DNA of 64,000 bases, taken from the IMG/VR virus record IMGVR_UViG_3300021141_000706; one strand, 5' to 3'. The notes under the pieces were generated by a model. It did not search any database, was not told where the DNA came from, and saw only the letters and a program-made list of their open reading frames with translations. The DNA is from a virus. The translations under genes were made by a program, and so were the position numbers. Below are positions 19,533 to 30,073 of the stretch, piece after piece. Position 1 is the first letter of the stretch. Each line of letters starts with the position of its first letter.

Positions 19533-20603
19533 ATGGTTCATCCAGATTTTAATGACATCCTGATCACTCCGGCTGTTGTATCAACTATTCGATCAAGAAG
19601 TGAAATTAAAGCTTATCAAATGAGTATAGGTGAAACTCCTTGGTTACCTTTATTTGTATCTCCAATGGATACTGTTATTGGTTTAGACAATTGGGAGTTA
19701 TATCTGAATAATAAAATGCCTATTTGTTTTCCAAGAGATATTAGACCAAATTCCTTTAATGAGGATGATAAAGGTTTACTATCAGCTTATAGTGATGTTA
19801 TTTTCTTTTCTTACTCTTTAGAAGAAGCATCAGCAATGTGTGAGTGGTTAAATAGTAATAAAGATAACGATTTAGAGTTTAATATTTTAATTGATATTGC
19901 TAATGGTCATATGAAACATATGGTTGATGTAGTTGAAAGATTAAGAGAAAGAACTAAAGTTAAAATCATGGTTGGTAATATTGCTAACCCTCAAACTTAT
20001 AAAGTTTTATCAGAAGCAGGTGCTGACTTTATTAGAGTTGGTATTGGATTTGGTGGTGGTTGTTTAACTGCTATGAATACTGGTGTGGGTTACTCAATGG
20101 CTCAGTTAGTTAAAGAATGTGCTGACTTAAAAGACCATATGGAATCTATGGGTGATAGAACTGCTAGTATTGTTGCTGATGGTGGATTCCGTGAGTATTC
20201 GGATATCATCAAAGCTCTGGCTTTAGGTGCTGATTATGTTATGTTAGGATCTATCTTAAACAAATGTCTTGAGTCTTCTGGTGATACTTATTGGAAAGGT
20301 ATAAAGGTTTCTCCTAATATTGCTAATTTTCTTTGGAAACGTAAATTCAAATTAGAAAAGAAGTTCAGAGGTATGAGTACTAAAGAAGTTCAAAAGAAAT
20401 GGGGTAAGTCAAAACTAACTACATCTGAAGGAGTTGTTCGTATGAGAACGGTTAAATACACTTTAGAAGGTTGGACTGAGAACTTTGTTGATTACTTAAA
20501 ATCTACGATGTCTTATACTAACAGTAGAACATTAAAAGATTTTATTGGAAATGTTAAGTGGACTGTGATTTCACAGAATGCTTATAATAGATTCAACAAG
20601 TAA
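19533..20603 (+). CDS. GMP reductase / IMP dehydrogenase family protein
   Basis: SPMDTV, IDIANGH, RVGIGFGGGCLT, IVADGG, GADYVMLG, FRGMST, SEG; start revised to 19533. Confidence 0.88.
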   Translation: MVHPDFNDILITPAVVSTIRSRSEIKAYQMSIGETPWLPLFVSPMDTVIGLDNWELYLNNKMPICFPRDIRPNSFNEDDKGLLSAYSDVIFFSYSLEEASAMCEWLNSNKDNDLEFNILIDIANGHMKHMVDVVERLRERTKVKIMVGNIANPQTYKVLSEAGADFIRVGIGFGGGCLTAMNTGVGYSMAQLVKECADLKDHMESMGDRTASIVADGGFREYSDIIKALALGADYVMLGSILNKCLESSGDTYWKGIKVSPNIANFLWKRKFKLEKKFRGMSTKEVQKKWGKSKLTTSEGVVRMRTVKYTLEGWTENFVDYLKSTMSYTNSRTLKDFIGNVKWTVISQNAYNRFNK

Positions 20604-20604
20604 C

Positions 20605-20634
20605 AAAAAACCCACTCAACTGAGTGGGTTTTTT
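20605..20634. terminator. Bidirectional intrinsic terminator
   Basis: AAAAAACCCACTCA-AC-TGAGTGGGTTTTTT. Confidence 0.85.
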
Positions 20635-20658
20635 ATTGTATTTGTAATTTTACTTATT

Positions 20659-21459
20659 TTATTTCTTAACCATGTAGAACCAACTTGATGTTGATTGTCC
20701 TTTTACTTCTTCTTCAACTTCTTTTACTTCTTCTTTGCCTTGAGATACTAAATCTGCGGCATTAATTTTAACACCACCAGGTAAAGTATAATCATAACGA
20801 CCAACTAAATTACCTAATTGTTGTTTACAATATCCAGTAACATACTTAAAGAATAAATCATCTTTAAATAAATTCTCTTGTGGAATATTAGCATAAGCTT
20901 CCATAATAACGTTATGTTTAACATTAGTTAAGATATGTAGTCTGTGATTTAATTGGTTGAATTGATACCTTAGCGTATATTTATTCATTTGATTTAACAT
21001 ATCAGACATTGAGTCTAATACAGTTTTATAAACCCCTAACTCACCAATAGTAGTAACATATGATGATAAGTAAGGTTGATTAGTAACACCTAAGTTAACC
21101 GATAAATTAGGAGTGTTTATACCCAATTGAAATAAGCTATCACCTCTAACTTCATAAAGATAAACCACGGTTTGAATTTCACAAGGTACATTTACATAAT
21201 TATATTTAGTAAACTCTTCTTCAAAAAAAGCTTGTTTATCAATAAAGTAATATAATTTTTGAACAGCGTATTGGTAACTACGATAAAACCAAGGTAGTGC
21301 TCTAGTTTCAATAATTTGTCTGATATTAGCATCAGGTAAAGTTTTTGGCAAAGCACAAGAAATAGTTAATTCATTTTGAACTAAGTCAACTAACTCCTCG
21401 ATTGTATATCCACCTTGGTAAGGCACATAAGCATCACCTAATCTATTTACATCTGACAT
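20659..21459 (-). CDS. Neck protein (T4 gp13-like)
   Basis: KYVTGYCKQQLG..YTLPGGVKIN..QGKEE; start revised to 21459; late motif at 21480. Confidence 0.8.
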   Translation of the reverse strand: MSDVNRLGDAYVPYQGGYTIEELVDLVQNELTISCALPKTLPDANIRQIIETRALPWFYRSYQYAVQKLYYFIDKQAFFEEEFTKYNYVNVPCEIQTVVYLYEVRGDSLFQLGINTPNLSVNLGVTNQPYLSSYVTTIGELGVYKTVLDSMSDMLNQMNKYTLRYQFNQLNHRLHILTNVKHNVIMEAYANIPQENLFKDDLFFKYVTGYCKQQLGNLVGRYDYTLPGGVKINAADLVSQGKEEVKEVEEEVKGQSTSSWFYMVKK

Positions 21460-21479
21460 AAAATTATATTTATTTTGTT

Positions 21480-21488
21480 TATATATTA
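21480..21488 (-). promoter_or_regulatory. Candidate late promoter TAATATATA
   Basis: Upstream of neck gene. Confidence 0.65.
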
Positions 21489-21489
21489 A

Positions 21490-21521
21490 TTTGGACAATC
21501 CACTTATTTTCCTTATCTTTG
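21490..21521 (+). promoter_or_regulatory. Bacteroidota sigma-A promoter TTTG-N20-TATCTTTG
   Basis: Both elements present. Confidence 0.7.
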
Positions 21522-21553
21522 TATAACAAAACAAACAAATAATCACTACGGCT

Positions 21554-21742
21554 ATGAAAAACGGTAAAATTATAAATCTTGGTAAATTCACAAAAGAGGA
21601 TGCTATGAAAGCTAACAGAATGGCTGGTCGTGAAATTGATTTAATTAATTCTACTGGCTGGGTTGCTACTCATAAAGCTCATAAATCTGTAAAAGATTAC
21701 ACAAGAAAACCTAAGCATAAAAAAGCTATTCTTATTGACTAG
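21554..21742 (+). CDS. Small basic early protein, ArfA-like C-terminus
   Basis: HKSVKDYTRKPKHKK. Confidence 0.45.
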   Translation: MKNGKIINLGKFTKEDAMKANRMAGREIDLINSTGWVATHKAHKSVKDYTRKPKHKKAILID

Positions 21743-22487
21743 TTAAGGATTGTCTTATAAAGTAAGAAAGTGGTGTTTTGTTTAGTATTTCGGACTCAGT
21801 TAGATTTTCAGCTTCCTTATAAACACTATTCGTAAGAATAATTAATGGTTGAAATTCTCTTACTAAATTTTCCCAATTTTCATAAGGTTTTGTTAGATAC
21901 TCTTGTTTTTGTATTTTCCAACTTACTGGATACATATTTTCATCACCATCATAGAATTTATAATTCTTATACAAATATGGTTCATTATCAGTAAACTTTT
22001 TTAAAATATCATTTCCGATTTCTTCCCAAGATATTTTATTTTGTTTCTGATTTAATATATTAGTTAATGATTGAGACCATTTATGAAAAAGTTCTGTACC
22101 TGGTATAGTTCCTAATATTCCATTACAAAGTTTTTTATTGTACTTATCATCAGATTGAAGTATAAAAAATCCATCCTGATTCTTGATTATATCAAACAAT
22201 GAACTCAAATCGTTCATAACTACAGTGTCACTATCTAACCAAATACCTCCATATTTATATAAAATATTAACTCTTATAAAATCTGCCTGGTGTGCTGGAT
22301 GTAAGTTAAAAAAATAACTTGGAACCTCATCTAAATAATTTAAGATATTATTTTGGTTCAATAAGTGAACTTTATAGTTTATGCCATTATTAGAGTGATG
22401 ATAAATAAGACCTCTTAAAAACTTTATTAACTTATAATCAAATCCCGTCCAATATAAAAAAACGTTATTCTCAAATTTATCAACCAT
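21732..22487 (-). CDS. DxD glycosyltransferase (GT32/capsule synthesis)
   Basis: ADFIRVNILYKYGGIWLDSD. Confidence 0.85.
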   Translation of the reverse strand: MVDKFENNVFLYWTGFDYKLIKFLRGLIYHHSNNGINYKVHLLNQNNILNYLDEVPSYFFNLHPAHQADFIRVNILYKYGGIWLDSDTVVMNDLSSLFDIIKNQDGFFILQSDDKYNKKLCNGILGTIPGTELFHKWSQSLTNILNQKQNKISWEEIGNDILKKFTDNEPYLYKNYKFYDGDENMYPVSWKIQKQEYLTKPYENWENLVREFQPLIILTNSVYKEAENLTESEILNKTPLSYFIRQSLTSQ

Positions 22488-23545
22488 TAAACTGTAAAGT
22501 TTTTAGATGATTTTAACTTTTCAAGGGTATATTTTTCATCAAGTTCAATCTTCTTAGGAATCTTAATTGATATCTTTATATAAAGGTCACCTAAGCCATA
22601 TTGAATATCTGGAATACCTTTACCACTCATTCTGATAACTTTACCATGTTCAGTTCCTGGTTCAATTGTTACAGATATTTCACCGTGTGGTGTTTTAACT
22701 TTTACATTTGATCCAATAATAGCATCAATGACTGAAATGGTTTTCTCAACAATAATATTGTTATTTTCTCTTTTGAAAGAGTAATCATTCAATTCCTCAA
22801 TAACAATATGTAAATCTCCTGGTTGACCATTTCTAACATGATTACCAAATCCTGGCATTGATAATTGCATGCCATTAGATACACCTGCTGGGATATCAAC
22901 ATCAACAGTTTGTTCTTTAAAAACTGTACCATCACCTTTACAGTCTTTACATTTATTATGGACTTGTTGACCACTACCACCACAATCTGGACAAGAGGTA
23001 GCTTGTCTTATTTGACCAAATGGTGTGTTTTGAACAACTGTTCTTTGACCTGAGCCATTACAAGGAATACAATTTCTAACATCTGTACCACCTTTACCAT
23101 CACAAGTTCCACACTTATCTTGTCTTTTATATTTTAATTTCTTAGAGACACCTTTAAGAATTTCATCAATTGTTAAACTAACTTTAATTCTCAAATTAGA
23201 GCCTCTACTTTGTGGTTTTTGTCCACCACCATACCTTTGGTTAAAAGAGTTGCCAAAGATATCTCCAAAATTACTGAATATATCTTCCATATTAAATCCG
23301 CCACCACCAAATGGATTTCCACCGCCACCATTTGCCGATCCAAATCTATCATAGTTAGATTTTTTATCTGGTGTTGATAAAACATCATAAGCTTCAGCCG
23401 CTTCTTTGAATTTAGACTCTGCTTCTGGATTATCAGGATTTTTGTCTGGATGAAACTTCATTGCCATCTTACGATAAGCTTTTTTAATTTCATCTTCTGA
23501 AGCGTTTCTATCAACGCCTAATACATTGTAATAATCTTTACTCAT
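22487..23545 (-). CDS. dnaJ: Chaperone DnaJ
   Basis: J domain HPD, G/F region, four CxxCxGxG repeats. Confidence 0.97.
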   Translation of the reverse strand: MSKDYYNVLGVDRNASEDEIKKAYRKMAMKFHPDKNPDNPEAESKFKEAAEAYDVLSTPDKKSNYDRFGSANGGGGNPFGGGGFNMEDIFSNFGDIFGNSFNQRYGGGQKPQSRGSNLRIKVSLTIDEILKGVSKKLKYKRQDKCGTCDGKGGTDVRNCIPCNGSGQRTVVQNTPFGQIRQATSCPDCGGSGQQVHNKCKDCKGDGTVFKEQTVDVDIPAGVSNGMQLSMPGFGNHVRNGQPGDLHIVIEELNDYSFKRENNNIIVEKTISVIDAIIGSNVKVKTPHGEISVTIEPGTEHGKVIRMSGKGIPDIQYGLGDLYIKISIKIPKKIELDEKYTLEKLKSSKNFTV

Positions 23546-23856
23546 GTTAATATTTGTCTTATTTTTGATTCTCTATATATTTGTATGGGTGTTTCGGTCA
23601 GTTTTATAGTTACCCATCTGTTATAATTTATTATAAACTCACTATTATAAACTTTGGCTGTCATAATTGGAAGTTCTTCGATTATTTCTTTGAAGATAGT
23701 ATTAGCATCTTCTAATTTCCAATCTTTCATATCAGTTAGTCTATTACAGAAATAATCCATACAAGGTGAAGCAGTGTCTATAACATTTCCTAAATACTTA
23801 TCGCCTTTGAATCCCTCTGGAGCCGAGTCTGATATTTCAACATACCAATCCGTCAT
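23542..23856 (-). CDS. Hypothetical protein with C-terminal tag
   Basis: Ends [11 protein letters not shown]. Confidence 0.6.
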   Translation of the reverse strand: MTDWYVEISDSAPEGFKGDKYLGNVIDTASPCMDYFCNRLTDMKDWKLEDANTIFKEIIEELPIMTAKVYNSEFIINYNRWVTIKLTETPIQIYRESKIRQILT

Positions 23857-24440
23857 AACAAATCATCTTTATTTTCTTCAAAGATTTGATTTATAGTTTC
23901 TTCTCTTTTATATTGTTTTAACATACCTTCAATTGCTTGTTCGTGATCTTCAATGTCTAGAACTTTTTGAACTAAACTAGCAACATAATTATCAACAATT
24001 AGAGTTAATGTTTCGGCAGTTCTATCGATATGTTCAAAATGTTGAAGACAATCTTTTGATTTAATAAACATATCAATTAGATAATCAATAAATTCATCAG
24101 CATTGAAGAACATAGTAAATAGTTTATATCTATGTCCATTATTATATCCTGTTTCTTTGAAAAGTGTTGGTGGGTCAATAAAGACCTTACCAAATACTCT
24201 TCTAATTGCCGGTAGTACTAAATCTAAAGTTTCATCTTCTTCGAGATATAAAGCTCCTTTGAATTCCTCTCTATCAAATAAATAATATTTTTCATCAACA
24301 ACATATTCTAATAAAGACTTAAACGAATGAAGATGTTGACTAGATATTCCTTGACATAAAGCGTCAATGATAGCTTTTTTATATTGTTCATCTTTATAAA
24401 GATCTAAGAAGCTTTTTTTATTCTCTACTTTATTTGACAT
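23853..24440 (-). CDS. Hypothetical protein with C-terminal tag and possible capsid-like LPAIRRVF motif
   Basis: LVLPAIRRVFGK; KREETINQIF. Confidence 0.55.
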   Translation of the reverse strand: MSNKVENKKSFLDLYKDEQYKKAIIDALCQGISSQHLHSFKSLLEYVVDEKYYLFDREEFKGALYLEEDETLDLVLPAIRRVFGKVFIDPPTLFKETGYNNGHRYKLFTMFFNADEFIDYLIDMFIKSKDCLQHFEHIDRTAETLTLIVDNYVASLVQKVLDIEDHEQAIEGMLKQYKREETINQIFEENKDDLL

Positions 24441-24889
24441 TATTGACTAATAACAATTTTTGGATGTCTGAAAGGTTTACCATTTAATGAATAACCTTTA
24501 CTAACAACATCAACAACACCTGGTTTACCAGTTGGAATTACACTAATAACTTCATGTAACTCATCATCATAAGTTTCAGTTTGAATAGTTTCAATACCTT
24601 GTGATTTCAAGAAGTTCTCAAGTTTTTGAGCAATAAGTTGAACTCCTTCTTTTGCTGATTCATCTTTGATGTTTTTAATAGCAATAGCCACATCATTGTC
24701 CATATCAAGAATAGAAGAAACCATATTTACTTTAGTATTAAATCTGATTTCTTCTTTATCTTTTTGAACTCTTCTTTTGTAATTTTCAAATTCAGCATAA
24801 AGACGAACATACTTATCTTCAGCTTCTGCCAACTTTTCAACTAAATCTTTTTCCTGAATTTGTTCGTTTTCAATTTGATTTTCTTCCAT
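24440..24889 (-). CDS. grpE: Nucleotide exchange factor GrpE
   Basis: RLYAEFENYKRR, HEVI, KGYSLNGK.FRHPKIVI. Confidence 0.95.
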   Translation of the reverse strand: MEENQIENEQIQEKDLVEKLAEAEDKYVRLYAEFENYKRRVQKDKEEIRFNTKVNMVSSILDMDNDVAIAIKNIKDESAKEGVQLIAQKLENFLKSQGIETIQTETYDDELHEVISVIPTGKPGVVDVVSKGYSLNGKPFRHPKIVISQ

Positions 24890-24893
24890 AGTA

Positions 24894-25379
24894 TTAATAA
24901 TTAAATTTTAATAGTTTTCTTACATTGTTTGAGTTATAAAACTCATAGGTTACATTTTTGTCTACAATCTTATGTATTTCAAGTTTTTCAACTTCTATCT
25001 TCATAATTTCAACATAATCAACTAACTCTTTTAGAGATCTTGACCAATTTGAATTTGGTTCCCAATAATCAGGAAACTTATCTACGAATTTATCAATAGC
25101 AAAGTCAAATGTTTTCTTTCTAACAAGTAAGTATTCTTTTTCTTTAATGGATTTGTTTGTTAAAAACTCCATAATATAAGAATTGAATTTGTGAATAAGA
25201 TTATCTGTTTCAATTAACTTTAACAAACCTATTACTAAAGCATCTCTTTCTGAGAGTTCCATTTCGGCATTTTCTTTTAATAATTTTTCTGCTTCTTTCT
25301 CAGAACCGACGATGTAATATACATAGTGGTCCCATAAACACATCCTTACAATATCTTCTGGATAAATTTTTATATTCAT
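24894..25379 (-). CDS. Hypothetical protein
   Basis: 161 aa, first gene of the grpE-dnaJ operon. Confidence 0.6.
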   Translation of the reverse strand: MNIKIYPEDIVRMCLWDHYVYYIVGSEKEAEKLLKENAEMELSERDALVIGLLKLIETDNLIHKFNSYIMEFLTNKSIKEKEYLLVRKKTFDFAIDKFVDKFPDYWEPNSNWSRSLKELVDYVEIMKIEVEKLEIHKIVDKNVTYEFYNSNNVRKLLKFNY

Positions 25380-25399
25380 TTATATAATTTATTTTTTAA

Positions 25400-25425
25400 T
25401 TATAGTCTATCACTGACATAAAGTT
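25400..25425 (-). promoter_or_regulatory. Candidate middle promoter AACTT-N16-TATAA
   Basis: Heads grpE-dnaJ operon. Confidence 0.5.
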
Positions 25426-25599
25426 TTCTACTTTATCTAAATAGAAAATTAAGTCTGGATAATAGACTACACCATAGTTTTAGAAAAACTTTTAAAAAAG
25501 TTGAAAATTATTTAAAAAAACAAGAAAAATTGTTAAAAAATGTAATATATAATCTCACTTTTACTACCGTAAAAGACAAAAAAATCAATATTTAATGAA

Positions 25600-25830
25600 T
25601 TGAAAAACATTGTTAATTCAGAAGTGGATACCCCTGACGGCAAAGCCACTCTAAAGGAAATCTATGTAACAGAATTAGGTTACATAATGGCAAAAGTTTA
25701 CTACCCAAAAAAAGGTGTTTATGTTAATCACAAAATTGGGTATCTTAAAAACCTACTAAAATCAGATGGATTGAATTTAGTATCTGAATGGACAGAACAT
25801 ATAGTATTAGAAGAAAAGTTGGTTAAATAA
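25600..25830 (+). CDS. Hypothetical protein
   Basis: 76 aa, TTG start; late motif at 25543-25551. Confidence 0.5.
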   Translation: MKNIVNSEVDTPDGKATLKEIYVTELGYIMAKVYYPKKGVYVNHKIGYLKNLLKSDGLNLVSEWTEHIVLEEKLVK

Positions 25831-25888
25831 CCAACTTTCTTTTTTTTAAATAACTTTTTTTATATATTTGCTGGATATATAAGGTAAT

Positions 25889-26077
25889 ATGGAACTTGAA
25901 AATAAAATTGAATTAAACAAACAAATTAGAGGTTACAAGGGAACAAACACTTTTGTAATTTCTTTACAGAAACAACTTAAAACAAATAAGTATTTATCTA
26001 AAGTAGAATGGAAAGATAAAGAAGTTAAGATTTTAAGTGACAAACAATACGAAGCAGCAATTAGTGCTTTAGCATAA
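25889..26077 (+). CDS. Hypothetical protein
   Basis: 62 aa; TAnnTTTG at 25863. Confidence 0.55.
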   Translation: MELENKIELNKQIRGYKGTNTFVISLQKQLKTNKYLSKVEWKDKEVKILSDKQYEAAISALA

Positions 26078-26107
26078 AAAAAGACCCTAATAACTAGGGT
26101 CCTTTTT
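26076..26107. terminator. Bidirectional terminator
   Basis: GACCCTA...TAGGGTC flanked by A/T runs. Confidence 0.7.
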
Positions 26108-26124
26108 ATTTAGATTAACGGCAA

Positions 26125-28305
26125 TTAATCGGTTATTGTAACTAAGTGATCTTCTGTTTCACCTGATTGAAATTTACTACAAGGCGTTAAATATTTACCC
26201 CATAAGCCTCCACCTAATACTAATCTAAGACAAGTAACTCCCGGTATAACATTTAATGGTATTGTTATAGTTCCTGTTATATGTTTAGGTCCGGTCACAC
26301 CATCAACTTGTAAAACCTTTTCGTTATCATCAAATACACCATTTTGATTAAAGTCTATCCAACCACCAACTGAAGCTGTATAATACGGTGAAGGTGGTAT
26401 ATCACAATCATTATCATAAATATCAAATGAGTATGTATTGCCCTTTTTTAGTGTAGTGAATGAACCGTTTGGCTTAAAGTCTGAGTATTCATTTAAATAG
26501 GATTTATCACCTGGTGCTTGTTTATCACAAGTTAGACCAACCTTTACTCCATTTAACGTGAAGTCTATAATTTCTTCATCAGCCTGACCACCAGCACCAG
26601 ACTCACAATAACAATCAGTAAACTTATTTAAATCAATTAAAATTGACTCTGTTTCTTTTAATACATCACCACATTTAACCTTACAAATAAAAGTAGTAGG
26701 TTCAGATACAACTGGTTCATAAAAAAAATCAGTAGATCCACTTACCACTTGACCATTTTTAATCCATTGATAACTATCACCTGCTATAGATGGGTAAAGT
26801 AATAAACTACTGCCTTTACAAACTTTAGTATCGCTACTTATTATTTTAGGAGTATTATCACAATTAACATCACTAACTAAATTAATTGTGTAGTCCTCAG
26901 TTTCTCCAAAAGCATAAGATCCACATGATGAAATTGCGTTTTGCGTTTCGTTCACAATAACTCTAACTCCTGTTATACCTGGTTGTGATGTAACTGGAAT
27001 TTTAATAAAACCTTTTCTGACATTGGCAGTTGGACCATAAACAACAGGTGATAAATAAATTTGTTCACTATCCTCAAATATCCCATTTCTATTAATATCT
27101 ATAAAAATAGCGGCACGATTATAAGCACCGTTAGTACCACATAATGATGTTTCAACAATAAATGGAACACTAGAACCAATTTTAATATCTGTAGGTTTAT
27201 CATCTCTGTAATTTGAGTATAAAGATTTTTTTGATCCTTCACCGGGTGCTAAATCACCACAGTCTCCAGCTCTAACTCCAAATATAACACTAGTACCAAC
27301 ACTGGATTTTTTATCTAAATTACCTAATTTGAAATGTGTTATCTCTTCATCTGTTGGTGATTGAGCCGTACTTGGACAATAACAATTATAAAAAGGATTA
27401 ATTGGTATTTTTATAATATTTGTATAAGTAACAAGACTACCACAGCTAACCTTACATCTATAATATGTCTCGGTTGTTTGTGATGTAATTACTGATGAAC
27501 TATTACCAATAGAAACGGCATCATTGAAAGATAAACTATTTGATTTCTGCCAGTCATATGATATACCACCTTCGGCTATTTTATTAGTCAATGAAAGTGT
27601 GAATTGTTGGTTTGGACAAACAACATTATTCGTTGAAACAGCTAAACCTGTATTAGGTAATTTTGAACACATGTTAGGAGCTGTATATGTTATTCTAATT
27701 GTTGGTTTTAGAGAACCAGATGTTGGTAGTAGCAAAGCATCTTGTGGTATTAATACTGGACTTGTTACCTGAATAGCTTTACCAACAGAGGCTTTTTGAT
27801 AGAAAGTTAATGGTCCAACACATGTTCCCACTTTAGCCCAATCTGTTAGTATAGATAAGCTTCCTCCTTCATAGATAAAACCAGATGAGAATGGACAAGG
27901 TATCCAATAGTTTGTTGTAGCTGGGAATTCCATTTTATCAGTTGAGAAAACTGTTTGTGAGTTTTGTAAAAATTCTGAATAATTAGCAGACGTACCCATT
28001 GTTGTTTTAGATGTATTAGAAATAATAACATTGAATTTATTATTACCGGTAGCAGTCGCGTTATTTGCTTTTAGCCATTCCACTTTTGTAATGGTTGATC
28101 CAGATGGAATGTTTAATTCATCTTTAGTGTAAAGATAAGCAGACTTAGAATATTTTGCGGTCTGAGCAGTAACTCTTTGATAGATAGGACCTGTTTGATA
28201 GGATGAAGCACCAGAGATTGGCCCAATTGTTACACTTTGGGCAAGACAAGTGTTGATAGTTAGTATTGATAGTATCAATACCATAAGTTGTTTAATTTTT
28301 CTCAT
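26125..28305 (-). CDS. Secreted Bacteroidota-type protein with two GEVED domains
   Basis: Signal peptide (..CLAQ); CYC.S.A...DEEI, IDINRNGIFED/IDFNQNGVFD, GETEDY/GETEDH. Confidence 0.8.
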   Translation of the reverse strand: MRKIKQLMVLILSILTINTCLAQSVTIGPISGASSYQTGPIYQRVTAQTAKYSKSAYLYTKDELNIPSGSTITKVEWLKANNATATGNNKFNVIISNTSKTTMGTSANYSEFLQNSQTVFSTDKMEFPATTNYWIPCPFSSGFIYEGGSLSILTDWAKVGTCVGPLTFYQKASVGKAIQVTSPVLIPQDALLLPTSGSLKPTIRITYTAPNMCSKLPNTGLAVSTNNVVCPNQQFTLSLTNKIAEGGISYDWQKSNSLSFNDAVSIGNSSSVITSQTTETYYRCKVSCGSLVTYTNIIKIPINPFYNCYCPSTAQSPTDEEITHFKLGNLDKKSSVGTSVIFGVRAGDCGDLAPGEGSKKSLYSNYRDDKPTDIKIGSSVPFIVETSLCGTNGAYNRAAIFIDINRNGIFEDSEQIYLSPVVYGPTANVRKGFIKIPVTSQPGITGVRVIVNETQNAISSCGSYAFGETEDYTINLVSDVNCDNTPKIISSDTKVCKGSSLLLYPSIAGDSYQWIKNGQVVSGSTDFFYEPVVSEPTTFICKVKCGDVLKETESILIDLNKFTDCYCESGAGGQADEEIIDFTLNGVKVGLTCDKQAPGDKSYLNEYSDFKPNGSFTTLKKGNTYSFDIYDNDCDIPPSPYYTASVGGWIDFNQNGVFDDNEKVLQVDGVTGPKHITGTITIPLNVIPGVTCLRLVLGGGLWGKYLTPCSKFQSGETEDHLVTITD

Positions 28306-28430
28306 AACGTTTTTATTTTTATATAATAATATAACTAGTTCATAACCAGTTATTTACTCGTTAAAATAATGTTAATAAGCTGTAAATCAATGTAGGTCTA
28401 TAAATAAAAAAAGACCCGTTAAGGTCTTTT

Positions 28431-29618
28431 TTATTTTATTTTCTTAAATACTATTGAAACTTGTTTAAGTTTAATTTCAGTTACTTTATTTCTTTCTTTC
28501 AATCCATTTTGAACAGTTGGTGATGGAAATTCACTATTTCTATTCACTTTTAAATCAAGATTAAGTGACCAGGATTTAGTACAATTATCTAAATCAGATA
28601 ATAATGTATCTAAGTCTGAACCTGTTAGAACTAATTTATCATTAGAAGCATAACTCATACTTAACTTTTCAACATTAAGAGTTTGATAATATCTACTCCA
28701 AAGAGGCTTGTCAGTATCTTCATCATATCTACTTGAATACTCTTTAGCTGCCTCAATTATTTCATCTCCAAATCTTCCGTTTCTACCATTGTAGAATAAT
28801 GGACCTTTAACTTTATACTTTATAATATAGTTGAAATTATATTTTTCTTCTTTTAAATAATCTTTAATTCTTTCAGCAACATCATTTAATAAAGAATCAA
28901 CGTCATTTGAGTAAACAAGATTTCTACTTTCACCAACTTTAACATCTAAACTTAAATAATCTTGTTCTTTACTGAAATAAGGTTTTACATCAACTGGTAA
29001 TTCATCTTCAAGTTCTAAACAGATATCATCTACTAATTGTTGAACTTCTTTAACTTTTTCTAATTCATCATATTTTGCTATCATTATAATCATTGGAAAG
29101 TTAGCAGGATCTTTTAACTTATCAGGATAATAAGTTCCTTTAGAATTTTTCTTCATTATAAAATTTTCTCCTGGATAAATATCAGAATCACTTAATCTTT
29201 GACCTCTATAAGTATCATCTTGTTTAATTTCATCTTTAGAAATATAAATAACGTCTCTACCAATTTTACCATGTTCACCACCACCAGTTGACTTATAATC
29301 TTTGGCTAAATAAAGATTCCAATCTCTTAGAAGCATTGCTAATTTAAGTTTGTTTTCTGGTAAATCATCAATGCTTACTTTAGTTAGTTCATGTTTCATT
29401 ACTTGTTGGTCACCGGTTGAAAATGGACTATCTTTAAGACCAGTAGTTGCTCTTTTCATTTCTCTCCATCTAAGATTCAACATAGGATAGATTCCTAATA
29501 ACTTCTTACCTAAGAATCCTAAAATAGCTTGTGGTATAAATCTAATAGATCTTTTTTCACTTGATGTAAGTTCTTCGTTTACTTTATTAAAGTTGTTATA
29601 TGATTGTAAATGTTTCAT
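28431..29618 (-). CDS. Putative head-internal protein
   Basis: MKHLQSYNNFNKVNEE. Confidence 0.6.
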   Translation of the reverse strand: MKHLQSYNNFNKVNEELTSSEKRSIRFIPQAILGFLGKKLLGIYPMLNLRWREMKRATTGLKDSPFSTGDQQVMKHELTKVSIDDLPENKLKLAMLLRDWNLYLAKDYKSTGGGEHGKIGRDVIYISKDEIKQDDTYRGQRLSDSDIYPGENFIMKKNSKGTYYPDKLKDPANFPMIIMIAKYDELEKVKEVQQLVDDICLELEDELPVDVKPYFSKEQDYLSLDVKVGESRNLVYSNDVDSLLNDVAERIKDYLKEEKYNFNYIIKYKVKGPLFYNGRNGRFGDEIIEAAKEYSSRYDEDTDKPLWSRYYQTLNVEKLSMSYASNDKLVLTGSDLDTLLSDLDNCTKSWSLNLDLKVNRNSEFPSPTVQNGLKERNKVTEIKLKQVSIVFKKIK

Positions 29619-29622
29619 TATA

Positions 29623-30072
29623 TTAATCTATTTTTCTAAAAGCAAATGTTACAGAGTCTATCCACCAATTAGATTCAAACGGTAAATACTCTACTGATTT
29701 ATAATATCTATAATCAGGTATTTTTACAACATAAATATACTCTAATTCTAAGCCTAGTTCACCTTTTGCGTAAGATTCAGCAAATAGTAAATTTTCTTTT
29801 ATTTCATCTATGGTAAACCTTTTATGAGTTGGTTGTCCCGCCTCATCAATTATTCTTTTATCAACTGTAACATCTATCGTTTTAATAGTTTGATTTTTAG
29901 TTTGTAAATCCCAAGAACCAAAAGAATTTAATTCAGAAAAATCCATTTTTTGAGTAGTAGATTCTTTTACACTAACATTGAATCCATCGTGTTTAAGTTC
30001 TAAAAATAAATCTCTAAACCAAGAAAAATCTCCAGATTCAAATAACTTATTATATGTTTTTAAATACTTCAT
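29623..30072 (-). CDS. Putative head-internal protein
   Basis: Start revised to MKYLKTYNKLFES. Confidence 0.6.
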   Translation of the reverse strand: MKYLKTYNKLFESGDFSWFRDLFLELKHDGFNVSVKESTTQKMDFSELNSFGSWDLQTKNQTIKTIDVTVDKRIIDEAGQPTHKRFTIDEIKENLLFAESYAKGELGLELEYIYVVKIPDYRYYKSVEYLPFESNWWIDSVTFAFRKID

Positions 30073-30073
30073 A

